From positions 107,076,001 through 107,140,000 of the forward strand of contig NW_024704742.1 in assembly GCF_018977255.1 (NCBI RefSeq): a stretch of 64,000 nucleotides of DNA, in the 5' to 3' direction. The notes beneath the pieces were generated by a model. The model was not told the DNA's origin. It made no database searches and saw only the letters and a list, made by a program, of their open reading frames with translations. Of this stretch, positions 36,756 to 48,229 are shown piece by piece. The stretch comes from Callorhinchus milii (Eukaryota). The stretch's first letter is position 1. Every line of letters begins with the position of its first letter. Made by a program: the position numbers and the translations under genes.

Positions 36756-37694
36756 ACAATAGCAGGAAATAAAGACAATTTCACTTGAAGAAACACATAG
36801 TGCAATCCAACATGTTAGTCCCTTCTCAAGTAGAATGTAGAATGTTTACTCCAACATCTGTAAATCAGCACTGGGTTTAAAACAGTGTAGAATTTACAGA
36901 GTTTAAAAAAAATTGGTTTGATCAGTTTATAAGGGCCAATTAAGGTTTTTACATTAATTTTTTTAAGCCACAAAATAGGCCTACAGAATTTCACTCGGGT
37001 TTTGAAACTGATTGTGATATTACGCATCCCGAATTCCATTATTAACTCCACTAACTCTATGGTGGCATTTTGAGCTCAGTCAGCTATCTGTTTAAACAGT
37101 CATCTAGCTTTAGGCTTCTGTGTGAGGCATTGATTATATGTAGAACAAAGCAGGGTAGCAGCAAGAGCTGAGTTTGCTGATATGTTTTCAAGAAATGTTG
37201 GGAGCACAGTACGCCCCCATTATTACGCAGTTACTTGGTTCAGTGTCTCAGTCGCTGTATTTTAACAAAGCGTGGAAAAAGGCTTGACTTCTGGGTCACC
37301 AAGTTATTGTTTATGTCACTTCTTGCTTGTATGCAAGCTGGCTTCATGTGCTAAAAGACAGCCAACTTCCAGATTGTCAGGACGCTGTTGATGTAACGTT
37401 CTACATGTTGTGAAGCCAGACGGTCCATGTCAAAGTCAATTATAAGGATCACCTTATAATGGAGTTGCCCTGTAGTTAGTTATGGTTTATTTTGCCTTAT
37501 GCATCTTGTGTAATTCAAGCATAGCTGGAGTCAGTGTTAAGTGTGACAGAATTTGCATGATTCTTGCTATCTACAGAAGCGGAAGTAGACTTATTTCCTC
37601 ACAGAACTCTTCATAGCACCAGTAATATATCATAATATAATAATATCAACATTATTAACATCGCCAACAATGATGAGTGTCTGACATTTTGTGC

Positions 37695-37990
37695 TCTCAA
37701 TGCAGTGCTGGGAGAGCGCTGTAATGTTGGAGATGCCATCCGTCGGGTAAAACAGGTGGGTGTTATGGCACTATATGAAAAGAGAAGGGAGTTTCTTCTG
37801 GTGTTCTAGTCAACAATTCTCCAAACAGCATTGGTTATTCACTCATGATATGGCTGTGTGCAAATTGGCTTCCACATTTGCCGACAAACACACAAGTCAC
37901 TCCACTTTCCAGTAAATCCTGTGAAGCTCTTTCAGATGTTTTCCCAACACGAAAGGCGCAGTTTCAAATATAAGGATTATTATATTATTA
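37695..37990 (+). mobile_element. Deu-domain SINE fragment
   Basis: gcagtgctgggagagcgctg...atggcactatatgaaaagagaagggagtttc...gaaaggcgcagtttcaaatataaggattatt. Confidence 0.75.
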
Positions 37991-38469
37991 TAAGGTACAG
38001 AATTGATTCCATGCATCTGAACTGAAAACCCAAGAGGAATAACATTCCTACAAACCCTTGGTAGCGCAAAAGTAAATTCAACCCACTGTGCACTGAATTC
38101 TACCCCCAGCTGTAACCATAGCAACCCGCTCCTTTATATCTGTCTCTGAGATTTCTGTAATGTTACTGCCACAAAGATGTCTTGCACTGCACTACTGACA
38201 TCAAATGAAAATCATATAACCTCTTGCTGCAGCTCAATGTTGGTCGTCATGGCAACCATCTGCACATGCTTAACCCGTGCCTTATCACTGCACCCTCATT
38301 TGTGCATTAAAGGGGTACTTTAGATACATTTGCCTACAAAAAAAATAGACAGCACATCAATTTACAATAATTTCTGGAGGGGCTTTCAGACGTCTCTACA
38401 ACGTGATAAGGCGCTATATCAAATGTATGTATTGTATATATTGTTATTACTGTCTTTGTAAACACATGT

Positions 38470-38707
38470 TTGCCCCCAACCTCTAGAATTCCATCCCCCA
38501 GTCACTCCGCCTCGCCCCCTCCTTAGCCTCCTTCAAGTCCCGCTCAAAACCCTCCTCTTCGACCATACCATCAGCCACCCCTCTTCCCCTCCCTCCCTTC
38601 TCCCCCCTGACCCCAGCTCGGGGCTGAAGTACTGACACTGTCCAGCGCCTTGGGATGTCCTCCTGATGTGAAAGCCGCTATACACATGTAATCTTGTTGT
38701 TGTTGTT
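38470..38707 (+). mobile_element. L2 3' fragment
   Basis: Close to the reverse complement of 46861-47100; tail cttgttgttgttgttg. Confidence 0.85.
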
Positions 38708-38717
38708 GACCCAGGCC

Positions 38718-38943
38718 TGTGGTAAATGCTTCAGCCATACAGACAAGGAAAGTCCCAGTTGTTCTATATCGCTGAATTAACTTAACTCAGTCAGGGTAGT
38801 ACTGAGCACCACAGTTGACTTCAGAATCATAGAGGGGATAAAGCAACCAAAGTTCCTGCTCCTGAGCTATCTAATGATTCTGTGCTTGAAAGTTGCTGTA
38901 TGCGGATATCAGTTGAAGACAGGACTGTCTTGGTGGCTGTGAT
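38718..38943 (+). mobile_element. LF-SINE-like remnant
   Basis: agccatacagacaaggaaagtcccag...gctgaattaact...ttcctgctcctga...gttgaagacaggact...ggctgtgat. Confidence 0.65.
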
Positions 38944-39770
38944 ATGAACAGGAGGAGTGGTGCGAACATTTTATTAATTTTAGGTTCTGTCTGCCTTGCG
39001 ATTCAGGTGGGTGTAAAGAAAACATTCTGCAATTGCTGTTTCAGAGAAAAGTGAAATCTTTCTCCCAGTTATCCTGGTTTATATTTCCTTCCAAATCCAA
39101 ATCACCGTTCAGTTGCTCATCTCATTGAGTTTTATGGGACATGGCTGGTACACGTTAGGTGTCAACTTTGTCTATATAACAATCAGTTCATTTCTGACCA
39201 ATTATATTTAGTAATTAGCCCCCAAACATTTACTTATTTTTACGTGATAGGCATTTTTCAAATGTTATTATCTTATTATCTAGCCTATTCGACCAGTTTA
39301 TCACATGATGGCAGATCCTTTAATCCCATTTTACTGCATTTTTTTCCTTATGCCTTAATCCAAAATTATATTTCCATAGTTAAAAAGCTTGTTGGAATCC
39401 ATTGTCTAGATGAGGAATAGTCACTCAGATGATGTTTTGGCAGCTCTTGTCACCGATAGAGACATATCACTGGGTGACAGCCACTTTTAGGAGAGGCGAT
39501 TTTTCGAAGCCAGACCACATGTGGACACCTCTTTCTTTGCCGTGCTTAACAGTCTCCAGACGTAGGTATTGAGAACTAAAAAAAAGTAAATAAGAATATT
39601 TCAACAGGGGAGAGTTTGGTGTCAGGGAATGTCTATATGGAGGTCTTTCTCAGTATATAGGTTGGGGTGGAGGGAGTGCAAAATAGGTTGGATTTTTTGA
39701 AGGTCTGTTAAAGGAGTGAGGTGAATGGGCCAGCTGGTCTTTCCTTTTCATTGCTTCCTTGTTTTGTGGA

Positions 39771-40138
39771 GTGGAATCCTGTACCTTAGTGGTTAGAGTG
39801 CTTGGCTTACAAGGAAAAGGACCTGGGTTCGATTCCCGGGCAGGTCGAAAGTTGGGTAAGTTTCCTTACTCCACATGCCTATGTTTACCTAGTAGTAAGT
39901 AGGAACCCAGCTGTTAGTCGATTGGTGAATTGCTTTCCTGGCAGTACTAATCCCTTACAAAAAAAAATGGTCCCTCAAACCATGTCTATTTGTGGGACAC
40001 TGCTGTGTGCAATTGGCTGCTGTGTTTCGCCCACAAAATATACAGTCAATTCAGTTTACAGTATATTCTGTAAAGTACTTTGAGACGTCTCAAAGACTTG
40101 ATAAGGTGCTATATCAAATGCAAGGATTATTATTATTA
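39771..40138 (+). mobile_element. Full-length tRNA-derived SINE (long variant)
   Basis: A-box-like ttagtggttagag, B box gggttcgattccc, central tgtttacctagtagtaagtagg block, Deu-type 3' part and (tta)n tail. Confidence 0.9.
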
Positions 40139-41917
40139 TATTAATCCATGCACTGCTTACCACAACTTTTATACAGCAATGCCCCACAAACGGCATGAAG
40201 TGAATAACCAGTTTATCTAGAGGACTGTTGGCCAGGCGACAAAGAGGATATATAGTCTAGGAACTGTGGATTACCAGAAATATATCACCCAATGCCACCT
40301 GTCAGAAACTGATGGCTGTCGCAGGAAAGAGAACAATTGCTTGTGTACATTGATGGATACCATTCAACAAAAGTGTATGGTGCAGTAAATAATGGCTGTA
40401 CGTTATCAGAATTGCTATCAGTGAACTTGTAAAAAGTCTGGAAATCTACAACCTGTGCTGCTCAATGGCACAAGGCAGAAGAACACCACCGCACACACGG
40501 TCTTTCAAAGGACAGTTGCCTCCTGATGCTGTGCTGGGTATCATTTGACAGAACACCTGCTAAGCCTGAGAGCACAGAATCAGTGGAGGAAAGAATGGTC
40601 GTCTCACAGCTAACAAGAGCAAACTGTCTATGTACAAAATACAATATGTTCTTTGACTGATGATATTTGACCTTAGCAGCCATAAAAATCAGAGCACATT
40701 TGAAGCCCTTGTTCTTGATGAGGACATAACATAACATTATGTATCATAACATTTAACCTTCAAAGTCCAGAACATCTACTCTATTCCAAGCAACACTGCA
40801 TGCTTATAATCCCTCATTGTTATGAAGTGGTGTGCCATTAACATTAATGCAATTTTGGTAGCTGGAGTCATATTTCTCACTTGAAAGCCAGATGTTCCTG
40901 CTCATAATCTTTCTTCCTCTATTTTCTTGTTTCTCAAATTTTGATAACTGCCAGAAATGTTTTGTACACAGAGAGTCTCTTGTCAGTATCAATGATATCA
41001 ACGAGGAATGAACATCCATGGTTTTATGATTTGTTTAATAGTTCTCTTTGTGAAACAATCATGACACAGAAACAAAGGGAATGATCATCACAAGATAGAC
41101 AAGAGGTACAGTAACCTAGCAATAACAATAATAATAGCATTTGATCCAACACCTTTCACTTTTCAAGGAGGGCACCTCAAAACATTTCACCAAATTCACT
41201 GTAAAGTGCAGTGACTGCATATTTTTTGTAGGCAGATGAGTCAGCCAATATGTGCACTGCAATTTCCCACAAACAGCCAACCTGCAATCTGAAGTGCTTT
41301 GAATTCAGACAATAATTTGGAAAACGTTTGAATTTTGCACTAATTCAACCCTTTAAGGTAAGCTTCCTTTAAAAAGTGGTGTGAATAAGGGCAGTGCAAC
41401 CTATTGCCTATGTAGTGTAATTTTGTAATGTCTCACCTCAGTGTTTGTGTTAATAGCTGCAAGAGAGAGATTTTCACTGGAGATTTTATTTTCATGTCTT
41501 TTCCATCCATGGCATCCATTGTCAGTGTTTTTGACAATAGGATCTGATTTGTGGTACAGTATTTGTAAAATGGTTAATTGCAATTCACAAATACTGACAA
41601 AATGTGGAAAAAGTCCAGAGAGCCAAATAGATCAATGGTGTTTTACACATTGCCCTTTTTGTTGTAATAACAGGAAGTCAATAATTATCAACTGGCAGAG
41701 AGTTGGTAATTATTAAATGGTTTAGACAGCAATTTTTGGTGATGCAATAATTGGCCCCAAAAGAATATGCAGTTATCCAGTTTAATTTATTATCTAAATG
41801 ACAGTTTCTCTAAAATTGTTGTCCTTCAACTCTTTGGAGTGTCTAAGGCCTTGATCTCAAGCAGCAAAAGAAACATTTCTGGGACAGGGAGAGTCTGAAT
41901 TTCACCGCCCTTCACGG

Positions 41918-42037
41918 TTAAGTAAGGGATATGGGGCATAGATGGGTAATTGGAGTTGAGATACAGATCAGCCATGATCTAATAGAATGGTGAAACAGGC
42001 TCGAGGGGCTGAATGGCCTACCCTTGTTCCTATGTTC
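41918..42037 (+). mobile_element. CR1/HER-type 3' end
   Basis: gggatatggggc...gatcagccatgatctaatagaatgg...ggctcgaggggctgaatggcctacccttgttcctatgttc; same family as 58521-58665. Confidence 0.8.
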
Positions 42038-42694
42038 ACCAGACCCAGTTTAGAAAATAACTAGCAAAGCTAAAGAAATACATACCAAACTCCAGGGGCA
42101 ACAAAGTTTAAAAAAAAATCTGTCAGTCAACAACATGGCGGTGATGAAAGTTGTAGCTGTTTTCATCAGGTTCCGCGGCGGGTGGGGGTGGGGGGGAGGG
42201 GGGCAGTAGCAAAAAGGAGGAGATGGAGAAAATAGTGTCATCCAGTGATTCATTACCAGTGTTTTGTTTAAGTTCTGTGCCTGAATGGAGGGAGTTGTTT
42301 TGAAGGAACCAATGTCTGGGATCATATACCTCTTTTTGTCTCTCCTTTTGACAGAAGGCAACCTACCTCACTGTAGGTGGTGCAGCCCTCCCGAGCTATT
42401 GGTATGGTATAGGAGAAGGAGTTGGTTGTAAAGTCTTGACGATCCTACTGGATTGATTGAGTTCAATATCAGTTCTATGTTCATGGCTCAAACGGCACCA
42501 TACAGGAGCGCAGTAATGCTGATAGCGTGACCAAGTGAAAGCAGAGAAATGATCTCAGATGGGAAGTGGAGAACCTTGGCAAACATTTGAACACTTTTTG
42601 CTCACAAAGTACACATTCAATCCACTTTACAATATATTCTGTGAAGCGCTTTGAGATGTCTCAATGACTTAATAAGGTGCTATATCAAATACAA

Positions 42695-43016
42695 TAATAA
42701 TAATAATAATAATCCTTGCATTTGATACAGCGCTTTTCACATCGGGAGGACGTCCCAAAGCGCTTCACAGAAGACACTGTAAAGTGAATTGACTGTATAT
42801 TTGTGGGCGAACGCGGCAGCCAATTGCGCACAGCAATGTCCCTCAAACAGTCGTAGATTGAAAATGACCAATTTATTATTGTTTTTGGTTTTGGAGGGAT
42901 TATTATTAGGCGTGTGGAGTAAGGAAACTTGCCCAAGGTTTCGCCCTGCCTGGAATTGAACTCAGGTCTCTCGCTTGCAAAGCGAGTGCTCTAACCACTG
43001 AGCTACAGGACTCCAC
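42695..43016 (-). mobile_element. Young full-length tRNA-Ala-headed SINE (short variant) with TSD
   Basis: Head gtggagtcctgtagctcagtggttagagcactcgctttgcaagcgagagacctgagttcaattcc (A and B boxes, TGC anticodon arm), long (tta)n tail, TSD aaatacaa (42687-42694 / 43017-43024). Confidence 0.93.
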
Positions 43017-44120
43017 AAATACAAGGATTATGTATGGCCTCCTTCTGTGCTGTATAATTCTCTAATTCTATGATTCCAAGACAAGATCCTGGCCGAGGTT
43101 TTGGAGTACCAAGCTATGATAATGATGACCCAATGACTACTTACTATGTTACAGTATGTTTCTTATGCAATCTTAAGCTCTTACTAAATACCATACATTA
43201 AGGTGATAATTAATGTCAGATTTAATTTACACCAGTGATAATTGAGGAAAACTGTAAATTTTAGATCATTGTTATCTGTAGGTGTGGTTGAAATATTTGA
43301 GTCACTCCGTCCATTGGATTCGACTTGCACTCTAGGTTTTAGTCAAACTGTTTGCTTTGGCAGGTACTCTTCAATTGGTTACACTTGTCATGAGGTGAGA
43401 GCCCCAGTAGAGAACTGTAACCTAATGCTGCATTGAACCCCTGCTGGAGTCAATTTATTAGTATTGTGTTCCACAGAGTTTATTACAACTGCAAACGCTG
43501 CATTGATTCACAGTTCACAACACTCCACTTGAAATTGTGGGAGCAGAATTGATCAAATTAACACAGACCGTGGTATTCCAAACAGCATGTTATGGTTTTG
43601 TGTTAGCAGCGTGTGTAAATGAGTGGAGGTGTAACCAAATATCTTGCGACTTGAACGTTTCCAATTTCAAGTCTAAAAGCAGCTCTGCTTACTATCGCTC
43701 ATAGTCAGAGGGTGAGCAGGTCATCTGTCACTCATATGTAGTGTCCTTTCACCTAGTTAAAGGAAGACAGCTTCTCTTACCAAAATAGCAGTCAGGTGCA
43801 GCTGCTTTGGCAAATCCATGACTGCGTTTGTTTCTGATTAAATGTTCAAACACTTGCTTAACCAGCCTTTCTCTACTTGCTACATTGCCAAGTCACTCAT
43901 ATTTCTCTCTATTGAGGGCCAAAAATACTGATCTACTTTAACCAAAGAGCTAATTTTGCTTCAAAAGACAAAAATCTATTGTCCAGATGGCCACAGGACA
44001 GTTCCAACAATCTTTTATAAATCTGCACCAGAGACTGTTTTAGTTTTCATTTTTGGGAGAAATTCATCTACAAAATACACACTATACTTTACAAAATTCC
44101 CATTTGAGACTATGCTGAAA

Positions 44121-44470
44121 AAATAATAATCCTTGCATTTGATATAGTGCCTTTCATGTCAACGAGACATCTCAAAGTGCTTCACAGGATATACTGAAAC
44201 TAAAGTACAATGACAATATTCTGCAGGCACACGTGGTAGCCAATTTGCGAAGAGCAAGGTTCCCCCAAACAGCAATATACAAATGACCAGTTTTATTGGC
44301 CAGGACAGACCTCAATTTAACGTCTCATCCAAAAGATGCCACCTCTAACAATGTAGCACTCCCAACAGTACTGTATTGCAATGTCAGCCTAGACTATTTG
44401 TGTTCAAAGTTTCAAAATGGGTTTTGAAACCAGAACCTTCTGACTCCGTAGGCCAGAGTGACCAACTAAA
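44121..44470 (-). mobile_element. Deu-domain SINE (internally deleted)
   Basis: Tail aataataatccttgcatttgatatagtgcc; core tttaacgtctcatccaaaagatgccacctc; head accttctgactcc...agagtgaccaact. Confidence 0.8.
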
Positions 44471-46625
44471 TCATGCGGGCACACAAACCTTTGTAGATGG
44501 AACCAGTGTTTGGTTTTCCAAATTTTTTTGAGTGATGTTTTTGCATCTGATGAAATTTTCTTGTGGGTTAACTGCAGAACGGATTTGCACCGTTGCTTTC
44601 AAACAAACATCGCATTTGGTTAGAGAAATATTTGAAAATTTTGAATTTTTTAAATATATCTTGAAATAAATGTAAACCTATTTGAGAAGTCATCAATTCA
44701 ACAGCGCAGGGAAAAATGTTTCTTTCCATATCCCTAACATGTAATGAAGAAAAATAACATTTTCTTTCAATATTGATGTGTTTTAATTAAATAGCTGCCA
44801 TATGGTTGCATTAATAAAGTGGTTCAGAAATGCTATTGAAAGCTTCAACTCGGGTGGACTTGAGCTTACATTAAGTTATTGGTCTCCATGAAAATGATGG
44901 CCATTAATTAATGCAGCTGTATTACTATAATTTTAACAGAGACCAAGATTGGAGAAGTCTCATGTGGTTAAGTTGCTATGGTGAGGTCCAACATACACAT
45001 ACAGGCACATATTACTGAGAGGACTTGAAAAATTAGACAAACTGCGTCTGTTGTCTATTCATGGTGGTATCAATGAATCATTTCTATGTAGTTTCCTTCT
45101 ATCTACATATGAACATCACGTCTCAGTCAATCTTAACCCAGATTAAGTTGAAAAAAAGCTAATTGGAGTTTATACAGTATCTCTTGTATCCATATTGAGG
45201 TGATGAACGTCCTTTTTTTGATGAGATCACAAGACTTTTGGAGAGCACAAGACTTCCAATAACCAGGGTTACATGAGTTGCTAATTGTTTTTGCTCCTTG
45301 GCTAAAACTAAGCTCCCCAAAACTCACCAGAAAGTCTGGGAACCTCAGAAGTAATGATGACCGGAGAACTGATTGTACTCTCACTCAGTGGCTGACAGTA
45401 ATTAAAACAGTATTTTGAGGGATTTTGACAGAATAAATAGGAAGAAGCTATTTGCACCGGAGGGTGGGGAGGGGTGGTGGTGCGGGGGGGAGTCAACAAC
45501 TAAAAGAAGACATATATTTAAGATAGTCAAAATAAAGTAAAATTTTCTAAAAGTAATTCTGATTTGTAAAGAAACAGATATGGCTGATTTTTGACATGTA
45601 TGACTTAGGAACTCTCCTCCTATGTGCCTAGAAGGAATTTGCGTCAGAGTAAAAGTTCATTCAGGTCATATGACACACATTTGCTTACTATAAATTAAAA
45701 ATTTACAAATCCTTTACAAGTCCTGTTGTGAATATTGAATTTTTCACCCCCCAGTGTTCTAAAGTATTAAGCACTGTAGAGGTTGTGGCTTTGTGTTTTG
45801 TTTAGAAATTTGGAAGAACCATACATTTCTGTGTGGATGCGTTAAGATGTATTTTGCTACATATTAACATGAGTTTTATTTAAGTGCTCTTGAGACCTTA
45901 CACTGCATGAGAATCAGTGTTTTTATGATTTGTTTAGTCTTTCTCTATGTGAAAGAATTGTGACACAGAAACAAAGGGAATGATCATCACAAGATAGACA
46001 AGAGCTACCGTAACCTAGCAATAACAATAATAATAGTTGCATTTGATCCAGCGCCTTTCACTTTTCAAAGCGTTTCACAAGATTCACTGTAAAGTGCAGT
46101 GACTGTATATTTTTTGTAGGCAGATGAGTCAACCAATTATTGTGAAATCAATAATTATCATCTAGCAGAGAGTTGGTAATTATTAAATGATATAGACAGC
46201 AATTTTTGAGGCATTATATCAAATGTAAGGATTATTTATTACCATTCCATAGTACAGTGCAGTGGTGCATAATTATTCCACATGCCCAGCAACATCTGGC
46301 TTCATAAGAGTAAACACAAGTTGGCAGCCATGTTAATAGGATTATTGCTGTTTGTTTCTTTGTTGAAATAGATTCTTTACTTTGACAAACCCGTGCCATG
46401 AGGAATTTGTGCCTTGCAGAATAAGAATTCCTGCTATAAATTCTTAGTACATGTTGTCATTGTTACTAAAAAAAAGTAGCCAGTTTAAGAGCAGTGGAAA
46501 GATAATGTGCTCTGCGGGTTTTACATTCTGTTTTGCTCTGGACAATTTTCATAAGTATACTTACAAAGTACGTTCACAAAGTAGTTCACTTCAATTTGAA
46601 AGTTTGGACTCCTCATCAACAAAGC

Positions 46626-46860
46626 CAACAACAACAAATTGCATTTAGAGAGCGCCTTTCATGTCGAAAGAATGTCCCAAGGCGCTGGACAATCAAGGGT
46701 TGACACCTGAGCTGAGGTTGAAGAGGGTTGGAGACCAAGGGAGGATGGGGTGGTGTGGAAAAATTACCCAAAATACAGTGAAAGAGGATGAAACATGAAG
46801 GAAGCTAGAGAAGGGGCAAACTGAAGGGATTCAGGGATGGAGTTTCAGAGAGCGGGGGCA
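46626..46860 (-). mobile_element. Older L2 3' fragment
   Basis: caacaacaacaaattgcatttagagagcgcctttcatgtcgaaagaatgtcccaaggcgctggac. Confidence 0.75.
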
Positions 46861-47292
46861 AAACAACAACAACAAGATTACATTTGTGTAGCGCCTTTCA
46901 GGTCAGGAGGACGTCCCAAGGTGCTGGACAGTGTACAGCATTTCAGACCTGAGCTGGGTTCAGGGGAGGAGAAGGGAGGGGAAGGGGGGTGGCCGATGCC
47001 ATGGTCAAAGAGGAGGGTCCTGAGGCGGAACTTGAAGGAGGCTAAGGAGGGGGCGAGGCGGAGTGACTGGGGTATGGAATTCCAGAAGTTGGGGGCAGAG
47101 TGGCTGAAGCTCTCCCGCCAATGGTGGGGCAGGAGATCGGGGGATGTGGAGCAGGCTGGAGCCGGCTGAGCGGAGGGAGCGGGCGGGTTGGTAGGGGGTT
47201 AGGAGGTCACAGAGGTAGGGTGGGGCGAGGGCTTTGTAGGTGAGAACCAGGACCTTGGATTGGATCCTCTGAAGAATAGGGAGCTAATGGAG
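46861..47292 (-). mobile_element. L2 3' fragment
   Basis: (aac)n tail, stem-loop and the reverse complement of the L2 ORF2 end (gtaggtgagaaccaggaccttggattggatcctctg). Confidence 0.9.
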
Positions 47293-47324
47293 TTTTAGCT
47301 AAAAAGGCTAAAAGTAACTAGAAA

Positions 47325-48145
47325 AAACAACAAAATTACATTTGTATAGTGCCTTTCACATCAGGAGGATGTCCCAAGGTGCTGGACAGTCAGAGTTTTG
47401 GACCCAAGCTGAGGGTCGGGATTGCGGAGGGTGGAGGGCAGGGGGGGAAGGAGGGTAATCGAAAGCACAGTCGAAGAGGAGGGTCTTGAGATGGGTCTTG
47501 AAGGAGGCAAGTGAGGGGGCGAGGCAGCGGGAATGTGGGATGGAGTTCCAGAGGGTGGTGGCAGAGTGGCTGAAAGCCCGCCCGCCAATGGTGGGATGGG
47601 CGATGCGGGGGACGCGAAGCATGCCGGAGCCCATTGAGCAGCTGGAGCGGGCAGGATGGTAGGGTGTTAGGAGGTCGCAGAGCTAGAGGGGAGCAAGGCC
47701 ATGGAGGGCTTTGAAGGTGAGGACCAGGATCTTGAACTGTATCCTCTGTGTGATGGAAAGCCAGTGGAGTCGGGCGAGGACGGGGGTGATAGGGTTACGG
47801 GGCCTGGTGCGGGAGAGGACATGGCTGCAGAGTTCTGGATGATTTCAGGCTATGGAGGGAGGAGTTGGGGAGGCCGACAAGCAGGGAGTTTGCATAGTCA
47901 AGCCTGGATGTTATAAATGCATGTGTGAGGGTCTCGGTGGTCTGCGGTGTGAAACAATGGCGGAGCCGGGCTATGTTGCGGAAGTGGGGGAAGGCAAAGC
48001 AGGTCATGGCATGGATGTGGGGTAGAAAGGATAGTTGAGGGTCAAACTAGATGCCAAGGTTCTGAACTGGCTTAGTGAGGTGGAGTGTGTATCCATGGAT
48101 GGTGATGCTGTCAGCGCCTGAGGTGTGGAGGCGTTGACTGGAGCC
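47325..48145 (-). mobile_element. 5'-truncated L2 with frameshifted ORF2 C-terminus
   Basis: ORFs HFRNIARLRHCFTPQTTETLTHAFITSRLDYANSLLVGLP and GMLRVPRIAHPTIGGRAFSHSATTLWNSIP...SFKTHLKTLLF. Confidence 0.93.
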
Positions 48146-48229
48146 ATGTCCCAGTTGGTAAAATACTGGCAGCTTGTTTTTGCTGTGGGATCAAGATATT
48201 TGGAATTATTAGGTTCAGTGTTATGTCAA

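Noticed and set aside
40462..40737. 91-aa ORF or exon
   Set aside because: No recognisable protein in the frames I read and no convincing splice-site pair.
42940..43016. tRNA-Ala(TGC) gene (also the heads at 39771 and 56372)
   Set aside because: The head continues directly into a SINE body and L2-type tail with a TSD, so it is a SINE promoter region, not a stand-alone tRNA.
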